DNA from: Vulcanimicrobiales bacterium
Lineage (GTDB): Bacteria > Vulcanimicrobiota > Vulcanimicrobiia > Vulcanimicrobiales > Vulcanimicrobiaceae
Reading direction: 5' to 3'
DNA: 64,000 nt
Assembly (NCBI GenBank): GCA_038231455.1
Contig: JBBRLI010000003.1
Coordinates: 96,001-160,000, forward strand
The notes beneath the pieces are model-generated. The model did no database searches. It was not told where the DNA came from and worked only from the letters and a program-made list of their open reading frames with translations. Position numbers and translations under genes: made by a program. This document shows, piece after piece, positions 20,519 to 32,102 of the stretch; positions within the stretch are counted from its first letter, which is position 1, and each line of letters opens with the position of its first letter.

Positions 20519-21810
20519 ACGGCAGCGGGCGCTTCGACCGCCCGCGGCGACCCGCGTAGTGCCGCTAAGTCATCTCGTCGCACAAGAAAAAGATCGCGTG
20601 TCGGCGTCTTGGTGAGGCGCGCGAATATCCAAACTTTCGCGCCGAATGAGAACATATACGCAAGTGTCGTTGCGATCGCCGGTCCGATGATACCGTACCG
20701 ACCCACGGTCGCAAACGTCGCGAGAGCGCACAGCGAGAACGTGAGGATCTCGATGCGTAAAACGAGTCCCGGTCGATTTGCACGAACGGAAAGGAAGTAT
20801 GTGAGGATCGCATCCGCCGCATAAACCGTCATGCCGGGGAGCAGAAAGCGTAGCGCGATTCCCGCGGGAGAAAACGCCGAGCCGTATACGAGCCTCACCA
20901 GCCACGGTCCAAGCGTGAAAGCGACCACCGCGGAGACGACCTCGATTGCGATGACCAGGCGCGTAATGCGCGCGGTAATTGCCGCCCCGTCTTGAAACGA
21001 GGCGGTCGCCACGCGTCCGTACGCCGACCACGAAATCGCGCGGCTGACCTGGAACATCAGTTCGCCACAAGCGATTGCCAGCGTGTAGTTTCCGAGCGCG
21101 ACCGGTGAGAGCAGCGCGCTTACAATGAAGACGTCGACACGAAAGGAGAGGTACGCCGCAACCGCCGAGAGCGAGGTCATCCGCGCGAAACGCACCATTT
21201 CGTGAAGCAGTCGCGCGACTTCGGATGGGACGGCGCTGCGTGCGAGTTGATGGAGACCGCGCGCGACGACGATCGCTCCCGTTACATATCCGAGCACCCA
21301 AATCGCAAGGATACCATCGATTCCAACGTGGCGCGTCGCCATCGCCAGGAGCATTGCGATTCCGGTGCCGGCATTCGTGGCAAGCGATGCAACGTTCGTC
21401 CGTTCGACGCGTAGATTGATCAGGTGAAACGCGTTCATCGTCTGGAGATAAAGCGCGAACGGGAGTGCGATTGCGACCGCGAGGAGCGCGTGCTGCGACG
21501 GTACGAACCAGCCGATCAGCGCGATGATGGGCGAGGCGATGGCGCTTACGATTGCCACGATCCGCCGGGCGGCGACGTAGGCCGAGGCAATCCGCTCGGG
21601 TTCCTCGCCCGCGGTTCGCGCGACCGCGGATGAAATGCCGTCGCCGATCGCGATGAACGCCATGATCGCGATGCCGGCATAGCTGACGACGCCCTTCCCG
21701 ACCGGGCCGTACACGCGCGATATCGCGATGCCCGCGACGATCATCGCCCCTTGGCCCAGCAGAATCGAGACGAGCGTGTGGATGGTCTGCGCGAAGAGGC
21801 TGCGTTTCAT
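20515..21810 (-). CDS. Wzx-type oligosaccharide flippase
   Basis: About 12 TM helices. SRVYGPVGKG and RVDVFIV...LGNY are typical of the MOP superfamily. Confidence 0.82.
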   Translation of the reverse strand: MKRSLFAQTIHTLVSILLGQGAMIVAGIAISRVYGPVGKGVVSYAGIAIMAFIAIGDGISSAVARTAGEEPERIASAYVAARRIVAIVSAIASPIIALIGWFVPSQHALLAVAIALPFALYLQTMNAFHLINLRVERTNVASLATNAGTGIAMLLAMATRHVGIDGILAIWVLGYVTGAIVVARGLHQLARSAVPSEVARLLHEMVRFARMTSLSAVAAYLSFRVDVFIVSALLSPVALGNYTLAIACGELMFQVSRAISWSAYGRVATASFQDGAAITARITRLVIAIEVVSAVVAFTLGPWLVRLVYGSAFSPAGIALRFLLPGMTVYAADAILTYFLSVRANRPGLVLRIEILTFSLCALATFATVGRYGIIGPAIATTLAYMFSFGAKVWIFARLTKTPTRDLFLVRRDDLAALRGSPRAVEAPAAV

Positions 21811-23297
21811 CGCGGGACGAGCTCCGCGATCGACGATTCGAAATACGGATGTTCTGCGATTACCCGATACTCGCGGCGCACGACTTCATCCAGATACGCA
21901 CAGCCGTAATCCGGGTGGCGAAACGTGCATGCGTTGTTCCGAACGAGCCACAATCGATGATGGCCGAGGCGAGCCCTGCCGATCACGCCATCGACTTCGG
22001 CGCTCGAATGAATGACGAAGGCGTTCGCGCGAAAGACATCTGTCTGGGGACTGCGCGGCACGCGAACGAGCGATCCTACGTAGTACCGCTGCAGCGGCAA
22101 GGCGGCGTCGCTATCGAAAACCGCGACAGCATCCCCGGGTGCAACCTCGCGCGTGAGCGCGGCTCCGACGCGCTTCCAATCGCCGGTTTTCGCGCCGTGC
22201 CCGTAGAGTGAGCCGAGCGATAGCGCGCAAACAAGCGCGTATGCACCGCCAAACGCGATGGCACTTAGCGGACGGCGTGCGGTTGCGAGGAGCGCGGCGA
22301 CCGCGAGCATCAGCGGCGCGAAAAGGACAACGGTTTGACGGGGCGCGATCACGTACACGTGCGCGAATGCGCCGACGAGCGTGAAGAGTAACGCCGAGAC
22401 CGCAGCGACGATCGCGAATGCACCGAACGCGCGATTCGGGCGCGGCTGCGCGGCAACAATCGAGCCGATCGCCACGAGACCAACGATTGCGTACGCGGCG
22501 CGACCGACGATGCCGCGCGCCCAGTGCAGCGGCATCACGTAGTCGGCAGAGGCGGCAAGCGGAATGCGAGCCGCGCCGATCAATCCCAACCGGCTCGGCT
22601 CGTCGACACCGACTTGCTCACGCACGATCCCGACGAGCGGAACCATCGCAAGAGCAACGAGCGCGCAGCTCGCCAGAAACGCTAGCAGCCCCTGACGCCG
22701 GTAGACGAGGAGTGCTGCACCGAATCCGACTAGAGCGAACATCAAATAATATTGAAGATACGCGGCCGCGATCGCGGAGAGGACGAAACCCGTGCGGGCG
22801 ATCCAAACGCCACGCGAAATGTCGCAAGCCACGAAAAATCCGTCATAAAACGTCAGCGCGAGTAGCGACGAAACGAGCAGAGCGAAGGCATACAGGCGAA
22901 TTTCGGTGCCGGCGTAGACCACGAACGGGTTGAAGGCGATGGCGGCAAAGACGAGCGTTGAAGCGTTCGGCCAGACGCGGCGTAGCAGCGCCGCCATCGT
23001 TATAAGAAATCCGGCGATGCACGCAACCGAAAAGAGCCGCGCGACGAAGACCGAGCTATCGAACGTCCGCCAGAGCGCGAGCAACACGAAATAGAGCGGC
23101 GCTTGCTTTTCAAAGCCGATCGCTCGGCCGTAGGCGAAGGCGGCGCCGTGCGCCGTGGTTGCGAGCGAGTATTCTTCATCGGTCCACGTTGCAAAGATTG
23201 CACCCAGGCCGACCAGGATCGCGATTGCGACCATTCCGACAACTAGGGAGCGCGACATCGCGAAGCCGCTCGGTCGCTCGAGTGCGAGGTCCCTCAT
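21807..23297 (-). CDS. GT-C fold (PMT/ArnT-like) membrane glycosyltransferase
   Basis: WTDE acidic motif after TM1, QAPLYF, EIRLYA and many TM helices. Confidence 0.75.
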   Translation of the reverse strand: MRDLALERPSGFAMSRSLVVGMVAIAILVGLGAIFATWTDEEYSLATTAHGAAFAYGRAIGFEKQAPLYFVLLALWRTFDSSVFVARLFSVACIAGFLITMAALLRRVWPNASTLVFAAIAFNPFVVYAGTEIRLYAFALLVSSLLALTFYDGFFVACDISRGVWIARTGFVLSAIAAAYLQYYLMFALVGFGAALLVYRRQGLLAFLASCALVALAMVPLVGIVREQVGVDEPSRLGLIGAARIPLAASADYVMPLHWARGIVGRAAYAIVGLVAIGSIVAAQPRPNRAFGAFAIVAAVSALLFTLVGAFAHVYVIAPRQTVVLFAPLMLAVAALLATARRPLSAIAFGGAYALVCALSLGSLYGHGAKTGDWKRVGAALTREVAPGDAVAVFDSDAALPLQRYYVGSLVRVPRSPQTDVFRANAFVIHSSAEVDGVIGRARLGHHRLWLVRNNACTFRHPDYGCAYLDEVVRREYRVIAEHPYFESSIAELVPR

Positions 23298-23298
23298 G

Positions 23299-24720
23299 CT
23301 AGGCGACGCGGTGGAAGAGCACTTCGACGAACGTTTTCACGAGGATCGAGAGATCCATCAGCGGCGACCAATTCTCGATGTAGTAGATATCGCACGCAAG
23401 TTTATCGCCGGCATCGGCCGGCGTGAGGATACGCGCGAGCGTCAGCTGTGCCCAGCCGGTGATTCCCGGCGAAATTAAATGGCGGTCGTCGTAGCGCGGG
23501 ATCGTGCGCTGGAATTCCTCAACGAAGTGCGGTCGTTCCGGCCGCGGACCGATCAGACTCATGTCGCCGCGCGCGACGTTGAGCAACTGCGGCAGTTCGT
23601 CGATGCTCAAACGACGCAAGAATTTGCCCACGCGCGTGGCGCGCGGCTGCGCGAGATTCGCCCAAACGGGTCCCGTTTTCGCTTCGGCATCGACCGGCAT
23701 CGAGCGGAACTTGAGCATCTCGAAGGGACGGCCGCCGCGCCCGATACGGATCTGGCGGAAGATGATCGGTCCCGGGGTGTCGAGCCGGATCGCGAGTGCA
23801 ACAATCGCAAAGAGCGGTGCGAGCGCGAACAGCGTCGGTATCGAGATCAAGAGATCCAGCGCGCGGCGAAAGAGCATTCCCTCCGGCGTGCAGATTGGCA
23901 GACTGCGCGGCCGGATGAGGGAGAGGTTGCCCGTTCGCTCGATCGTGAGTTCGTAGGCATGCGTGCGGATGCGCGGTGGGGCGAAGGCCAGCATGATGCG
24001 GCGCGACTCGGTTTCTTGCAGGAGCGCGCTCATATATTCAGGCTCGACCATCTCGGTCACGATGATCTGCGATGCACCCCATTCAAGCGCCCCGCGCATC
24101 CACGGGACGAACGCCGGTCGCTCGGCCGTACGCATCGTATCATCGAAATTATTTACGACGATGCGGAGGACGGCATCACGCCGACGCGGGTGCAGCGATG
24201 CGACGACGCTCGCGATACGTTCCTTCGTACCCACGATTGCGATGCGGCGTTCCGCGTGCGCGCGAATACGGTCGCCTGCAAGGCGGAGGACCGCGCGCGC
24301 GCTTGCATCACCAACAAGAGCGATGGCAGCGAACGCAAGTAACGTCAACCGCGACGGCGAGATGTCTGGAATAACGGTGAAGATCGCAAGCTCGGGAACC
24401 AAACCAAGTGCAAGCGCCGTGATGACCGTGTAAATTTCGTCTTTCGCCGTACCTGCAAACGTCCCGCGGTAAAGTCCGACGGCGCGAAAAACGAAAAGCC
24501 AGATGAGGGCAGCGACCGCGAGCGCTGCGAGCAACGTCGGTCGCTGACCCGCAAGACCAAAGCCTAAATGCCAGCGGCACGCGAGGTTCGCGGCAAGCGC
24601 GAACACGGCAACGTCGACGCACAAAAGGAGAAGCGCGCTGAAGCGACCGTAGCGTTGCGGGGTCTGCTGCGACTCCTCGCCGCGCGCTGACGAGCGAATC
24701 GCTCGCGCGATCGTTGACAT
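23299..24720 (-). CDS. Priming polyprenyl-phosphate glycosylphosphotransferase (WcaJ/WbaP family)
   Basis: KFRSM, DELPQL, MSLIGPRPE and PGITGWAQ motifs. Confidence 0.92.
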   Translation of the reverse strand: MSTIARAIRSSARGEESQQTPQRYGRFSALLLLCVDVAVFALAANLACRWHLGFGLAGQRPTLLAALAVAALIWLFVFRAVGLYRGTFAGTAKDEIYTVITALALGLVPELAIFTVIPDISPSRLTLLAFAAIALVGDASARAVLRLAGDRIRAHAERRIAIVGTKERIASVVASLHPRRRDAVLRIVVNNFDDTMRTAERPAFVPWMRGALEWGASQIIVTEMVEPEYMSALLQETESRRIMLAFAPPRIRTHAYELTIERTGNLSLIRPRSLPICTPEGMLFRRALDLLISIPTLFALAPLFAIVALAIRLDTPGPIIFRQIRIGRGGRPFEMLKFRSMPVDAEAKTGPVWANLAQPRATRVGKFLRRLSIDELPQLLNVARGDMSLIGPRPERPHFVEEFQRTIPRYDDRHLISPGITGWAQLTLARILTPADAGDKLACDIYYIENWSPLMDLSILVKTFVEVLFHRVA

Positions 24721-24750
24721 ATCGAGCCAGTTCTACCCGTGACATGCAAC

Positions 24751-24768
24751 CGTTCGTCGGGACGAACG
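24751..24768. promoter_or_regulatory. 18-bp inverted repeat, candidate operator in the divergent wcaJ intergenic region
   Basis: CGTTCGTC-GG-GACGAACG has perfect 8-bp arms and lies 30 bp upstream of the wcaJ start. Confidence 0.4.
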
Positions 24769-24829
24769 TCCCTCGGAACAGCCCCGCTGGGCCAGTTTGT
24801 TACGACGCCGATAAACGCATAACCAATCC

Positions 24830-25312
24830 ATGGAACGCATGATGGACGAAGTCGAGAATGGTACCGGAAATCGCGTCGCGGTTCTCGGCGAAGGCGTTGC
24901 CGCGCTGATCTTGGCTCTGCGATTTGCACAAGCGGGTCGCACGGTGACATTAGTCGGTCGTTTCAATCCGCTGGCACGCAGCCGCTCGCTCGTCGTTCGG
25001 GCAAACGATCGCAACGCGATTCGGATGCTCGATGAACTCGGTCTCAGCAATGAAATCGACTGGAATCGTCGTCTTCAAGCCTTCGGCGGTTTCGGTTCGC
25101 GTACGGAAGGTTCGCTTATCGACGGCCACTCGCGTGTGGCCCATGCGCTTCGCGATCGCTTAATCGCACTCGGCGTTATCTTTCGACCGACCATCGAATC
25201 GCTGGATGTCGATGAGATCGTCGCAGCTCCTCTGGCCGTCCCGGATTTCGAAACGGCCGTCGTCCTCGCCACTTCCGCATATCGCGCGCGCTGCGCCGAC
25301 AAGATCGCTTAG
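24830..25312 (+). CDS. Small protein resembling a collapsed FAD-dependent oxidoreductase
   Basis: Degenerate Rossmann start VAVLGEGVAAL, plus LDELGL and GHSRVAHAL segments. Confidence 0.5.
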   Translation: MERMMDEVENGTGNRVAVLGEGVAALILALRFAQAGRTVTLVGRFNPLARSRSLVVRANDRNAIRMLDELGLSNEIDWNRRLQAFGGFGSRTEGSLIDGHSRVAHALRDRLIALGVIFRPTIESLDVDEIVAAPLAVPDFETAVVLATSAYRARCADKIA

Positions 25313-25332
25313 GCGAAGGAGTACTTACTGAC

Positions 25333-26013
25333 ATGCCGATTCCCGTCAATCTCTACGTCGATCGCCTCGCGTATACCTCACCCACCTCGCAGCACGAAGT
25401 GTGGAACGACACCAACGATCAAGCTGCGGTCTACCGCAGTGCGGCGCAGAAAATCGGCATGACGCCGAGCGAATACCAGCAGTTTCGTCAGGCATTGATG
25501 GAAGGCCGCGCGGTCTACGTGAAGGTGCCCCGCGTGATCGGCTCGATGGCCGGCCGCCACCGCAACGGTCAAGCGTACGCGCTCAACAACGTACGCGTTC
25601 CGGAAAATACGATGGGCTGGGAAGTGGATCTCGCCGATGGCGCCAGCGTGTACGTCCCGCGCATCTGCGGCAATCTGTCGTTAACGCGCAACAAGCCGCG
25701 CAAAATCGCACAGGCGCCGCGCCCGTCGCTTCCCTCGCCGCGCCACTACGCTGCGGTGCCGATGCCTCCGCCGCAGCCCGCGATCGCTGAAACACCCGTA
25801 ACGTTCGCCCCACCGCCGCAGGTCGTCGCCGCTGCCCCGGCCGCAGCGCCGGTCGCCGCCGCTGCCACCCATAGCGGACTGCTCGCGCTCGCGGCGCCGT
25901 TCATCGGGTTCCTCTTCCCGCACGGCGGGTCCAATTCGACCCCCGGAACGAACACCGTTATCGCTCCGCCCTGCTCGCAAGGCTCGAATAGCTCCGGCAT
26001 CTGCCAGCGGTAG
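25333..26013 (+). CDS. Hypothetical protein with Pro/Ala linker and C-terminal hydrophobic segment
   Basis: AAGGAG SD, host-like codon usage and a VYVPRICGNLS motif. Confidence 0.7.
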   Translation: MPIPVNLYVDRLAYTSPTSQHEVWNDTNDQAAVYRSAAQKIGMTPSEYQQFRQALMEGRAVYVKVPRVIGSMAGRHRNGQAYALNNVRVPENTMGWEVDLADGASVYVPRICGNLSLTRNKPRKIAQAPRPSLPSPRHYAAVPMPPPQPAIAETPVTFAPPPQVVAAAPAAAPVAAAATHSGLLALAAPFIGFLFPHGGSNSTPGTNTVIAPPCSQGSNSSGICQR

Positions 26014-26018
26014 CGCTC

Positions 26019-26047
26019 TTGCATCCCCGCGGATTTAGGGGTACACT
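26019..26047 (+). promoter_or_regulatory. Sigma70-type promoter of the rimP-nusA-infB operon
   Basis: TTGCAT (26019-26024), 17-bp spacer, TACACT (26042-26047). Confidence 0.7.
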
Positions 26048-26064
26048 GAGCGGCGGTATCTAGA

Positions 26065-26090
26065 AGAAGCGTGGGCGTGCCCGCGCTTCT
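26065..26090 (+). promoter_or_regulatory. rimP leader hairpin (attenuator-like)
   Basis: AGAAGCGTGGGC-GT-GCCCGCGCTTCT followed by T-rich sequence. It resembles the GUGGG-stem leader known upstream of rimP/ylxS. Confidence 0.7.
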
Positions 26091-26120
26091 CTTGTGTTTC
26101 GGGGAAAGGAGCGGCGGCGA

Positions 26121-26627
26121 ATGGCAGATGTTCTAGCGGACGTTTTCGAACGAACCGTCGCCGAATTGACGTTTTCGCCCGAATTCCGCGAGATCGAAAT
26201 CGTCCATCACTCCTTGCGTAAGCAAGGAAAGACGACGGCACTTGCGGTGATGCTCGACCGCGAAGGCGGGATCGATATGATCTCGTGCGAGCGCGTCGCC
26301 TCCAAAATCAACGATGCGCTCGAAGGTATCGAAGACATGTATACGCTCGAAGTCGAGTCAGCGGGCGTCGACCGGCCGCTCTTCAAACCGGCCGACTACG
26401 AGCGTTTTACCGGCAAGAACGTCCGCGTCCTCACCACCCTCCCCATCGCCTCACATAAGACGTTCCGCGGCCGCCTCGAGGGCGTGCGGGGAACGAGCGT
26501 CATTCTTACCACGGAGTCTGGCGAGTTGCCGATTCCCCTGGACATCATCAAATCGGCGAACATCGAATTCGATATTCGCGAGGACCTCAGTCGCGTCAAA
26601 CGCGAGAAGAAGAAAGGCAAGTCATGA
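26121..26627 (+). CDS. rimP: Ribosome maturation factor RimP
   Basis: YTLEVESAGVDRPL motif, AAGGAG SD and operon position. Confidence 0.93.
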   Translation: MADVLADVFERTVAELTFSPEFREIEIVHHSLRKQGKTTALAVMLDREGGIDMISCERVASKINDALEGIEDMYTLEVESAGVDRPLFKPADYERFTGKNVRVLTTLPIASHKTFRGRLEGVRGTSVILTTESGELPIPLDIIKSANIEFDIREDLSRVKREKKKGKS

Positions 26628-27838
26628 ACGCAGAGATGATCGCCGCGCTCAAAGAGATCGAAACCGAGCGCAACATCAGTTTCGAGATGCTGCTTGAGGC
26701 GCTCGAAGCCGCGCTGATCTCGGCGTACAAACGGAACTTCGGCGGCGAGGCCAACGCCATCGTCACGATCGACCGTCAGAGCGGTGAGTACAAAGTGTAC
26801 AACCGCCGCGTCGTCGTCGACGAAGTGGCCGATCCCAAAATCGAAGTCTCGAAAAAAGAAGCCGGTTCGCGTTACGAGCCCGGCGACTATTACGATGAAG
26901 AAGTGACGCCCAAAGACTTCGGCCGCATCGCCGCGCAGACCGCAAAACAGGTCATCGTGCAGCGCATCCGCGAGGCCGAACGCGACACCGTTTTCAACAC
27001 GTATTCTGCGAAACTGCACGACGTCATTATGGGGATCGTGCAGCGCTACGAGCAGCGCAATATGTACGTGCTGCTCGATAATAAGAACGAAGCGCTGCTG
27101 CCGTTCTCGGAGCAAGTCCCGCGCGAAAACTACCGCATCAACGACCGCATCCGCGCCTACGTGCTCGACGTGCGCAAGACCAACAAAGGTCCGCTGGTCG
27201 TGCTCTCGCGCGCGGCCGAGGGACTCGTTCAACGCCTGCTCGAGTTCGAAGTGCCCGAGATTCAAGACGACATCGTTGAGATCATGGCGATCGCGCGCGA
27301 ACCCGGTAGCCGCTCGAAGGTCGCCGTCAACTCGACGCGTCCGGAGATCGACCCCGTGGGCGCGTGTCTTGGACCCAAGTCCAGCCGCATCGCGAACGTC
27401 TCGGACGAGCTGCGCGGCGAGAAGATCGACGTCATCCGTTGGGCGCCCGATGCGATCACGTTCATTAGTAATGCGCTCGCCCCGGCCAAGGTACTCAGCG
27501 TGGAGCTCTTTGAAGACGAAGGCGTTGCGCTTGTCACCGTCCCCGACTATCAGCTTTCCCTTGCCATCGGCCGCGAAGGCCAAAACGTGCGTCTTGCCGC
27601 TCGCCTAACCGGCTGGCGCCTGGATATCACAAGCGAAGCCGAGGCGGAGGAAACGCGGGCGCGTTATCTCACCGAACGCGACGAACGCGGCGCCGAAACC
27701 GTTGTTGAGGCGGGCGAAGAAGACGTTGTTTCCGCGGAGGCCGAAGAGGGCGAAGCGACTCCGGCGGTCGACGAAGACCTCTTGCGCAAGCTCGAAGAGT
27801 TCAAGCGCGAGATGTTCAGCTCGAAAACGGACGACTAA
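26624..27838 (+). CDS. nusA: Transcription factor NusA
   Basis: FGRIAAQTAKQ, AREPGSRSK and AIGREGQNVRLA motifs. Confidence 0.97.
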   Translation: MNAEMIAALKEIETERNISFEMLLEALEAALISAYKRNFGGEANAIVTIDRQSGEYKVYNRRVVVDEVADPKIEVSKKEAGSRYEPGDYYDEEVTPKDFGRIAAQTAKQVIVQRIREAERDTVFNTYSAKLHDVIMGIVQRYEQRNMYVLLDNKNEALLPFSEQVPRENYRINDRIRAYVLDVRKTNKGPLVVLSRAAEGLVQRLLEFEVPEIQDDIVEIMAIAREPGSRSKVAVNSTRPEIDPVGACLGPKSSRIANVSDELRGEKIDVIRWAPDAITFISNALAPAKVLSVELFEDEGVALVTVPDYQLSLAIGREGQNVRLAARLTGWRLDITSEAEAEETRARYLTERDERGAETVVEAGEEDVVSAEAEEGEATPAVDEDLLRKLEEFKREMFSSKTDD

Positions 27839-28074
27839 TTTCCACTCCCATCCGGACCTGTGTCGGCTGCCGCAAGCGGTCGCCGCAGTCCGACCTCCGT
27901 CGCTTCCGAAAAGCGGCGGAGGGGTGGGAACCCGACGATCGACGTCGGTTCCCCGGGCGCGGGGCCTACCTGTGCTCGCTTGGCTGTGCGGAGCGGGTCG
28001 CAAAGAATCGCCGCTATCCTGGGTTAAGTAGTTCGGCTCTGCTACAATGGAATCTCATAGAGGTCTCATCTTGA
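27838..28074 (+). CDS. ylxR: YlxR/DUF448 RNA-binding protein with putative ATT start; absent from the ORF track
   Basis: My translation: (I/M)STPIRTCVGCRKR...PGRGAYLCSLGC...*. It sits at the canonical position after nusA. Confidence 0.85.
   Translation: MSTPIRTCVGCRKRSPQSDLRRFRKAAEGWEPDDRRRFPGRGAYLCSLGCAERVAKNRRYPGLSSSALLQWNLIEVSS
28040..28048 (+). promoter_or_regulatory. Possible extended -10 promoter for infB inside ylxR
   Basis: TGCTACAAT (TGn + TACAAT), about 140 bp upstream of the infB ATG. Confidence 0.45.
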
Positions 28075-28188
28075 GGTGGGCCCTCGGGGAATCAACGAAT
28101 GAAATAATCAATTTGCACGTCCGGGCCTGGGCCCGAGCGCGCCACATGGGAGTCGACGCCGTCGGCAGTGCTCCTAAGAAAGCTATGA

Positions 28189-31104
<2,916 letters not shown>

Positions 31105-31188
31105 CATGCAAAACGCGATGCTCGCGAGCGTCTCACCTGGTGTGGGATGCTCGCGAATTTCCGTTGACAACCCGGCGGTTACATTCGC

Positions 31189-31464
31189 ATGACTCCGGAA
31201 GCGTGGTTCCGCGGTTCCTGGTCGGAACGCCTAGTGGCGGTTCCAAATGCGATTTCCCCGACGGTGCTCTTTGGGATGTACGTCGTCCTGATGGGTTTGA
31301 TCGTACCGGCGCTTAAACCAAGAAACCCGTACTCGTCGATTGCCGTCTATTTCGCCTTTATGGCCCTGATGAGTTTTGCAGCTCCCGGTCTATCGGACCG
31401 ATTTTCGTCTTGGAAAAGACTTTTCGCCGCGATTCGGCCTGCGACAATTCGGGCGCGTAATTGA
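31189..31464 (+). CDS. Small membrane protein, paralog A
   Basis: Two hydrophobic helices. Shares FRG...ERL.AV and SF.AP with the next ORF. Confidence 0.55.
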   Translation: MTPEAWFRGSWSERLVAVPNAISPTVLFGMYVVLMGLIVPALKPRNPYSSIAVYFAFMALMSFAAPGLSDRFSSWKRLFAAIRPATIRARN

Positions 31465-31492
31465 AGCCGTATACGATGTCGGTGGTTGCCTG

Positions 31493-31747
31493 ATGCTTCC
31501 CTGGCCGTTTCGCGGGGCGCTGCGAGAGCGTTTACATGCGGTGCGCTCCACTTTGCTGACAATCGGTACGTTTGTGGTAATGAACTTTATCGCGGACCGC
31601 ATTTGGAAAGTAGGCTTCGATCTGAACATCGCCTGGCTTATGATCGGGCTCTTCGCGCTAGGATCGTTCGTCGCGCCGTCTGTTGAGAAGTATGCCCCGC
31701 GGAAGTCCACCGGGACCGCGTCGAATTTATCAGGAAAGATCGGATAA
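31493..31747 (+). CDS. Small membrane protein, paralog B
   Basis: FRGALRERLHAV...LGSFVAP with two hydrophobic helices. The start is uncertain. Confidence 0.55.
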   Translation: MLPWPFRGALRERLHAVRSTLLTIGTFVVMNFIADRIWKVGFDLNIAWLMIGLFALGSFVAPSVEKYAPRKSTGTASNLSGKIG

Positions 31748-31751
31748 CGGT

Positions 31752-32102
31752 ATGAAACGCGAGCGGCAGGGCCGGATCGATAGCGCGTTACAACGCGCGC
31801 TCTCAAAAATTATTTCCCAGGATGTGCGCGATGTTCGTTTAGGTTTTACGACCGTGACGCGCGTTGAGATCACGCAAGACATGCATCACGCTAAAGTGTT
31901 CGTGTCCATCATCGGCGATCGCCATGTGGCGCGCCAGTCGATGGATGCCTTGCAGAATGCCGCGGGTTTTATTCGTGGCGAGCTAGGCTCGGCTGTCGAT
32001 TTGCGGCATACGCCCGAGCTTATTTTTGTTGAAGATCGGTCGACCGAGAAGGCGATCGAGTTATCCCAAACCCTTGAGAAAGCGAAGGTTATCGATGAGT
32101 AG
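31752..32102 (+). CDS. rbfA: 30S ribosome-binding factor A
   Basis: TVTRVEIT.D..HAKVFVS, AAGFIR and LRHTPELIF.D motifs. Confidence 0.95.
   Translation: MKRERQGRIDSALQRALSKIISQDVRDVRLGFTTVTRVEITQDMHHAKVFVSIIGDRHVARQSMDALQNAAGFIRGELGSAVDLRHTPELIFVEDRSTEKAIELSQTLEKAKVIDE

Noticed and set aside
31164-31185. TTGACA...TACATT as a promoter
   Set aside because: The spacer is only 10 bp.
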